Shown one piece after another: positions 16,078 through 20,812 of a DNA stretch of 20,812 nt. This stretch comes from Candidatus Magasanikbacteria bacterium CG10_big_fil_rev_8_21_14_0_10_36_16 (GTDB taxonomy: Bacteria; Patescibacteriota; Patescibacteriia; Magasanikbacterales; UBA922). The first letter of the stretch is position 1, and every line of letters starts with the position of its first letter. The notes under the pieces are model-generated. The model saw only the letters and a list, made by a program, of their open reading frames with translations, was not told the origin of the DNA and did not search any database. The position numbers were made by a program, and so were the translations under genes. The DNA is taken from NCBI GenBank assembly GCA_002773185.1, contig PFBU01000025.1, positions 1 to 20,812 on the forward strand. Direction: 5' to 3'.

Positions 16078-16140
16078 GTATTGATTCCACCCTAGGCGGA
16101 CAAGTTAGACAGACATTACACTTAAAATTTATATCAAAAC

Positions 16141-16162
16141 AATCCTCCAAAGAGGGTTTTTT
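16141..16162 (+). terminator. Weak rho-independent terminator after secY
   Basis: AATCCTC-CAAA-GAGGGTT forms a stem of about 7 bp including one G-U, followed by TTTTTT. Confidence 0.5.
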
Positions 16163-16174
16163 GTTATTATAGTA

Positions 16175-16203
16175 TTGAAGAAAGTCTTATTTTGTGCTAT
16201 AAT
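16175..16203 (+). promoter_or_regulatory. Promoter of the fic module (TTGAAG-17 nt-TGcTATAAT, extended -10)
   Basis: TTGAAG at 16175-16180, 17-nt spacer ending in TGC, TATAAT at 16198-16203, 14 nt before the small-ORF ATG. Confidence 0.6.
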
Positions 16204-16216
16204 GTAGGTATTAATA

Positions 16217-16381
16217 ATGATGAATATGAAAAAACAAAATATCAAAAAAATCACAAAAAAGGATATCCAAAAAATTGTAGCCAATTCTTCAAAATTGGAA
16301 GGTTTAAGTTTGTATAAAGCAAAAAAAAATAGTAAAGCTATTAAAATTTTGAAAAAATATGGGAGGGCTTTCTCGATATAA
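16217..16381 (+). CDS. Small VbhA/FicA-like antitoxin (class I Fic inhibitor), 54 aa, absent from the supplied ORF track
   Basis: My translation is MMNMKKQNIKKITKKDIQKIVANSSKLEGLSLYKAKKNSKAIKILKKYGRAFSI. It contains the inhibitory (S/T)xxxE(G/N) motif as S-SKL-E-G. It overlaps the Fic ORF start by 23 nt, which fits translational coupling. Confidence 0.75.
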   Translation: MMNMKKQNIKKITKKDIQKIVANSSKLEGLSLYKAKKNSKAIKILKKYGRAFSI

Positions 16382-16973
16382 TACAGGCGATGCTGGCTTA
16401 GTTGAGCAGGGAGTGTTAAAAAATAAACTGAATATTATTGATAGTCAAGTATTGTCTGATATAGAGACTATTTTGCTCAATGATAGTTATGATTTTTTTA
16501 TAAATAGGTTACAGAATAAGGGTCTCGTTTTTGATGTGAAGCTGGTATTTGATATTCATAAATTTTTTTTGGGAACATTATATAGTTGGGCAGGCTCTAT
16601 ACGAAAAGTCAATATTTCGAAGGGCGAAAGTTTTTTTGTGCCTTCTGTTTATATACCAAATGCCTTGGATTACTTTGAAGGAATTCTCAAAAAGAATATG
16701 CCTATAAAGGGCGATAACAAATCAATAGTAGTCAAAAAAATAGCTTTGATTGCTTGTGAATTCAATGTCATACATCCATTTAGAGAAGGAAATGGCAGAA
16801 CGATTCGTTTGTTTATAGACTTGCTTTTGTTAAGTATTGGATACAAAGTGGCCGATTATAGTCAAGTGTCTGTAAGAAATTATATAGAAGCTTCTATTGC
16901 TGGCATGAATAAAGATTATAAGCCAATGGAAAAGGTGTTGCGTAAAGTACTAAGTATTCAAAAAACTCGTTGA
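16359..16973 (+). CDS. Fic-domain toxin (FicT/VbhT-like AMP-transferase, class I)
   Basis: It carries the canonical Fic motif HPFREGNGRTIR (HxFx[D/E]GNGRxxR) and an N-terminal GVLKNKLNI segment typical of Fic/Doc proteins. I found no internal SxxxE(G/N) inhibitory helix. Confidence 0.9.
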   Translation: MGGLSRYNTGDAGLVEQGVLKNKLNIIDSQVLSDIETILLNDSYDFFINRLQNKGLVFDVKLVFDIHKFFLGTLYSWAGSIRKVNISKGESFFVPSVYIPNALDYFEGILKKNMPIKGDNKSIVVKKIALIACEFNVIHPFREGNGRTIRLFIDLLLLSIGYKVADYSQVSVRNYIEASIAGMNKDYKPMEKVLRKVLSIQKTR

Positions 16974-16979
16974 GTTTAT

Positions 16980-17008
16980 TTGCTAGATTTTGTTACTTTT
17001 GCTATAAT
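16980..17008 (+). promoter_or_regulatory. Probable native promoter of the large surface-protein gene (TTGCTA-17 nt-TGcTATAAT), now separated from it by the IS
   Basis: TTGCTA at 16980-16985, 17-nt spacer ending in TGC, TATAAT at 17003-17008. It lies 37 nt upstream of the IS insertion point. Confidence 0.5.
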
Positions 17009-17037
17009 AAAGAAAATTTAAATAAATTATTTTAATC

Positions 17038-17045
17038 TAATTTTA
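17038..17045. repeat. Left copy of the 8-bp target-site duplication TAATTTTA
   Basis: Identical 8-mer directly abutting both IS ends (17038-17045 and 18076-18083). Confidence 0.8.
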
Positions 17046-18075
17046 GGCTTAATAGACAAAATGGGTGCCTAAAAAGTTCAATATGTGACATAATATAGCA
17101 ATATATTTAACTATTTTTATTATGCTATATAAAAAAAGTGTCCAAAATGTAATTTGAACACAGTTATTAAGAAAGGGAAAAGAAGAAATGTTCAGAGATA
17201 TCTATGTACAACATGTAAACATTCATACCAAAACAAAAGAAGATCAAAACGAACAAACAAGAAGCTACTAAAAGAATATGTCTGGCAACGCCAGACATAT
17301 GGTGACTTAGCTAGTAAGTACAATAGAAGTACCAAATGGATACAAAGGAAACTAGATGAAGCAAAAGTCAAATCAGTAGTAAAGATAAACAAAAAAGAGT
17401 TAGTATTAGTAGTTGATGTAACCTTCTTTACAAGAACAAAGGGATTATGTGTTTTTAGAGAGCCAAACTTAAAAAAGAATGTCTGGTGGAAAAAAGTTAA
17501 AGTAGAAAATACAGATATTTATCTACAAGGAAAAAAACATCTAGAGAAGAATGGATTTGTTATTAGAGCTGTGATTTTAGACGGTAAACGGGGTGTTAGA
17601 GAGGTGTTTAGTAGTATACCAGTACAAATTGTCATTTCCATCAAACGCAGATAATTGAGCGCTATTTAACTACTAAACCAAAACTAGAAGCTAGTAAAGA
17701 ACTTAAAAATATTATTACAATATTAACCAAAACAACTGAACAGTTGTTTACAGAAGAATTAAGTAATTGGTATAACCAATGGGAAACTTTTCTAAAAGAA
17801 AAAACCACCAATCCTGAAACAGGAAGGTGGTGTTATACTCACAAAAGAGTTAGATCTGCTTACCGAAGTTTAAAGACTAATTTACCTTATTTATTTACTT
17901 ACCAAAAGTATCCTGAATTAAAGATACCTAATACAACTAATTCTCTAGATGGATATTTTAGTAGATTAAAAAAATTACTTAATGTTCATAGTGGTCTTAA
18001 TGAAAAACGTAAGTTCAAAATCATTGTTGAAATACTAAAAGGTAGAAAATAAGCACCCATTTTGTCTATTAACCC
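17046..18075 (+). mobile_element. 1030-bp insertion sequence with 23-bp terminal inverted repeats (1 mismatch) and a degenerate DDE-type transposase. Family unresolved: Zn-finger N-terminus, IS256/Mutator-like catalytic signatures.
   Basis: IRL is GGCTTAATAGACAAAATGGGTGC (17046-17068). The reverse complement of IRR (18053-18075) is GGGTTAATAGACAAAATGGGTGC. The element is flanked by the 8-bp direct repeat. Confidence 0.88.
17122..18052 (+). pseudogene. IS transposase split into three frames by two -1 frame breaks (near 17131-17138 and 17628-17632)
   Basis: ATG 17122 gives MLYKK. After the A7 run, the -1 frame continues KCPKCNLNTVIKKGKRRNVQRYLCTTCKHSY (CxxC...CxxC) up to ...FSSIPVQI. The next -1 frame continues CHFHQTQIIERYLTTKPK...IPNTTNSLDGYFSRLKK. 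The DG-x-RG...Q-x-C-x-FH and TTNSL(D/E) patterns resemble IS256/Mutator-type DDE transposases. Confidence 0.75.
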
Positions 18076-18083
18076 TAATTTTA
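18076..18083. repeat. Right copy of the 8-bp target-site duplication TAATTTTA. Its last base is the A of the downstream ATG.
   Basis: Identical to 17038-17045 and immediately follows IRR. Confidence 0.8.
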
Positions 18084-20812
18084 TGTTTAGAAAAAAGTTT
18101 TTATATTTTTATATTTTTATATTTTTAATTTTTGGTTTGTTTTTGTCAGGTTTGGTTTATTCTACTTGGTCAGAGGATGGAATTCTTACTGTAGATTCAC
18201 CTTCTATCAATGAATATGTAGGGACTGGCGTTGACTTGTCTGGCAGTTATGCTGTTTTGGGTACATATCCTTCTTTTGGTTCATCAAAAGTGGCTTATTT
18301 TTTTGAAACTGATGGTAGTACTTGGTCACAAGTGGATTCTGTGACAACAAGTACGGCTACTGATTATTTTGGTGAGAATGTTGGTATTTCTGGTGATTAT
18401 GCTTTGGTTAGTGATTATAATGATCTTGAAAATGGTGGGCAATCTGGAGCTGTTTTTGTATATAAACGTAATGGTAGTAATTGGGATGAAATACAAAAAT
18501 TTGGTGCTAGTGATCCCCATAATACTGATTTTTTTGGTGATGAACTATCTATGGTTGATAATTATGCTGTGATTGGTGCTTATAGAAATGATTATGATCC
18601 TGCTGGTCAAAATTTATTATCAGAAGCTGGAGCTGCCTATATTTTTTCTCGTACAGGTGATGTTTGGACAGAAGAACAAAAGATAACACCAACTTCCTCT
18701 GATAGGGGTGCTGCGGATTGGTTTGGTAGAGCTTTGGACGTTACAGAAGATGGAAATTATGTAGTAGTTAGTGCTTATAATGATGATGATACGGTTGCTG
18801 GGTCTGGTTCATTATTTATTTTTCATAGAGAAAATGGTACATGGATACAAACTGATAAGTTGCATGCGAGTACTCCTGCAAATAATGAGTATTTTGGTAG
18901 ATCTGTGTCTATTGCAGACTCTGGTGATTATATTATTGTCGGAGCTGATGGTAATGACGACAATGGTAGTAATGCCGGTGTCGCATATATCTTTTCACGT
19001 AGTGGTTCTGCTTGGGCACAACAAGCGATGGTGACTTCTACTGATATCGCTGCTGGTGATGGGTTTGGTTATAGTGTTTCTATGTCAGCTGATGGTAGTT
19101 ATGCTACAGTCAGTACTCCAAATAATGACAGTTACAATGGGGCTGTTTACGTATTTTCACGCAGTGGTTCTACTTGGACACAAACTGAAAAATTAACTTC
19201 AAGTCCATCTACAGCAACTAGTTTTGGTTGGGATATCCAGTTAGATAAAACTAACGACAAACTAATTGTTGGTGCTCCTGATTATACGACTAGTACTTTT
19301 TCTTCTGCTGGTGGTGCTTATATTTTATCAATGGCTTCTGTTCCTATTGCTCCTACATTTGGAAGTGTTACTGTTGCTAGTAGTTCCATTAGTTTTTTTT
19401 GGGATACTGTTGCTGATGCTTCTTATTATACAGTTTCTTCTACCGCTGCTAGCTCTGAGACAACTTCTGATACTAGTTATGTTTGGACTAGTGGGATTTC
19501 ACCAAATACAGAGTATACTTTTCAAGTTAGCGCTACCAACGCATCAGATCAAGAAGGTGAATACTCAAGTGCTACAACTACATACACCAATCCGGCTAAA
19601 CCTTTGAGTCTCTCAGCTGTAGCCAATGGTCAAACGTCTGCAAACTTGTCTTGGTCTGCAAATAATAATCCAACAAATACAGTATATAAAATATATAGTG
19701 GAAGTACTTTGTATGGTAGTACCACAAGTACCAGTTATACCGTAATTGGTCTTACTGCTGGTACAAGTTATACTTTTACAGTAAGAGCAATATATAATTC
19801 AGACAATACTAGTTATGTAGAGTCAGATAGTAGTGGTAGTATCACTACTGCGGCCATAGCAAATTTTGTAATTTTGACTTTGAGTAATGATAATGCTACA
19901 CCTAGTTATCAATTTTTGAGTAAGTTGGGTGAGGTGCATACTGCTGTAGTTGACGATATCATTGATGATGGGGGTACTTTGAAAGCACAACTTACAATAC
20001 ATTCAAATCCAGTAACAGTAACTTTGGCAGCCGGTGAAAGTCAAAATATTGATACAAATGGTAATGGTAGTAATGATATGACAGTAACAATGAATAGTGT
20101 TAGTTCTGGTTCTACTAATTTTACTTTAACATTTTTATCAGCTGGAAGCTCAAAAATTTATGATAACCCTCCAAAAGAGATAGAAGGTATAAAAGCAATA
20201 ACCATAAATAATTCAGCCCAAACAACAGATAAACAAAAAGTAAACTTAAACTTCAATGTAGAAAATGCCGAATTAATGGCAATAGCTAATAACGCTGAAT
20301 TTGAAGATGTTTCTTTTGAAAAATATAACTCAACAAAAGATTGGAAACTAACCGAAGGAAATGGTCTAAAAACAGTTTACGCTAAATTTAGGTCCGCTCA
20401 AGGTGGGACAATAATCTATTCAGCTCAAATAATCCTCACCGGACAAAATACTGACGCAAAAGATGAAGTAGTAATAGAAACAATAAATGATAATACTAAT
20501 TGTCCACTAATAAAAGAACAAGCATATAAGACAACAACAAATAAGACAGTATATTATATAACAAGTAACTGTACTAAGAGAGCCTTCCAAAGGTCAGATA
20601 TTTACTTCACTTACTTTACATCTTGGAAAGATGTAAACCTAACAGATAGTAAGACTCTAAACCTAGTAGCAAATGATAATCTAGGCTTCATGCCATGGGG
20701 ATCAAAATATGATCCAAAATATGGTGCTCTAGTAAAGACTGTCACAGACCCAAAAGTCTATCTACTACTCAACAACAACAAATACTGGATTACTAATGAA
20801 AACGTCTTCAAC
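18083..20812 (+). CDS. Large secreted/surface protein, 5' partial (>909 aa, no stop before the window end): signal/anchor, 7 FG-GAP-like beta-propeller blades (about 18212-19330), 2 fibronectin type III-like domains (about 19340-19588, 19589-19849), further beta-rich domains
   Basis: I translated frame 2 from ATG 18083 to 20812 by hand and found no stop. The N-terminus is MFRKKFLYFYIFIFLIFGLFLSGLVYS. Seven repeats follow the pattern [DE]-[YFW]-FG-x-S/V...GDY-x-VVGA...AG-x-AY-[IV]-F-x-R-x-G-x-W. FN3-like segments contain S-x-SFFW...YY and LSWSA...YKIY...GLTAGTSYTFTVRA. It is not in the ORF track because it runs off the window. Confidence 0.88.
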   Translation, partial: MFRKKFLYFYIFIFLIFGLFLSGLVYSTWSEDGILTVDSPSINEYVGTGVDLSGSYAVLGTYPSFGSSKVAYFFETDGSTWSQVDSVTTSTATDYFGENVGISGDYALVSDYNDLENGGQSGAVFVYKRNGSNWDEIQKFGASDPHNTDFFGDELSMVDNYAVIGAYRNDYDPAGQNLLSEAGAAYIFSRTGDVWTEEQKITPTSSDRGAADWFGRALDVTEDGNYVVVSAYNDDDTVAGSGSLFIFHRENGTWIQTDKLHASTPANNEYFGRSVSIADSGDYIIVGADGNDDNGSNAGVAYIFSRSGSAWAQQAMVTSTDIAAGDGFGYSVSMSADGSYATVSTPNNDSYNGAVYVFSRSGSTWTQTEKLTSSPSTATSFGWDIQLDKTNDKLIVGAPDYTTSTFSSAGGAYILSMASVPIAPTFGSVTVASSSISFFWDTVADASYYTVSSTAASSETTSDTSYVWTSGISPNTEYTFQVSATNASDQEGEYSSATTTYTNPAKPLSLSAVANGQTSANLSWSANNNPTNTVYKIYSGSTLYGSTTSTSYTVIGLTAGTSYTFTVRAIYNSDNTSYVESDSSGSITTAAIANFVILTLSNDNATPSYQFLSKLGEVHTAVVDDIIDDGGTLKAQLTIHSNPVTVTLAAGESQNIDTNGNGSNDMTVTMNSVSSGSTNFTLTFLSAGSSKIYDNPPKEIEGIKAITINNSAQTTDKQKVNLNFNVENAELMAIANNAEFEDVSFEKYNSTKDWKLTEGNGLKTVYAKFRSAQGGTIIYSAQIILTGQNTDAKDEVVIETINDNTNCPLIKEQAYKTTTNKTVYYITSNCTKRAFQRSDIYFTYFTSWKDVNLTDSKTLNLVANDNLGFMPWGSKYDPKYGALVKTVTDPKVYLLLNNNKYWITNENVFN

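Noticed and set aside
18326-19607. Four ORFs from the track (18326-18520 minus, 18369-18572, 18771-19034, 19266-19607) encoding L/I/V/M-rich peptides
   Set aside because: They lie entirely inside the long frame-2 ORF (18083 to the window end), which has clear repeat and domain structure. Their hydrophobic translations are what a T-rich gene gives in off-frames, so they are shadow ORFs.
1-20812. Alternative genetic code (UGA recoded as Gly or Trp, as in some CPR lineages or Mycoplasma)
   Set aside because: All conserved genes are open in the standard code with no in-frame TGA. TGA also terminates the Fic gene at a sensible length (16971-16973).

Overview
AT-rich bacterial window (standard code; TGA is used as a stop). 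The core (2.8-16.1 kb, + strand) is tuf followed by the S10/spc ribosomal-protein cluster in canonical order: rpsJ-rplC-rplD-rplW-rplB-rpsS-rplV-rpsC-rplP-rpmC-rpsQ-rplN-rplX-rplE-rpsN(Z-type)-rpsH-rplF-rplR-rpsE-rplO-secY. rpmD (L30) is absent, because only 9 nt separate rpsE and rplO. The cluster stops after secY, with no adk/map/infA/rpmJ/rpsM in the window. L30 loss, no Shine-Dalgarno sequences and r-proteins with charged tails are compatible with a Patescibacteria/CPR-like organism, but this is inference only. The left flank (0-2.4 kb) holds an integrase-like remnant and three minus-strand genes: a membrane-anchored Cys-containing protein, a standalone C39-like cysteine peptidase and a CPBP/Abi intramembrane protease. 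The right flank (16.1-20.8 kb) is accessory. It holds a class-I Fic toxin with a small VbhA/FicA-like antitoxin ORF missing from the ORF track. Next is a 1030-bp IS with 23-bp inverted repeats, an 8-bp target duplication and a twice-frameshifted transposase. Last is a >909-aa surface protein (7 FG-GAP-like blades plus 2 FN3 domains) that runs off the window and is also missing from the ORF track. The least explained signals are two. Five long structured spacers sit inside a normally compact r-protein operon, built from short words in direct and inverted copies. A GC-rich double-hairpin DNA module recurs in the C-terminal tails of both L22 and S5. No tRNA, rRNA or CRISPR was recognised.
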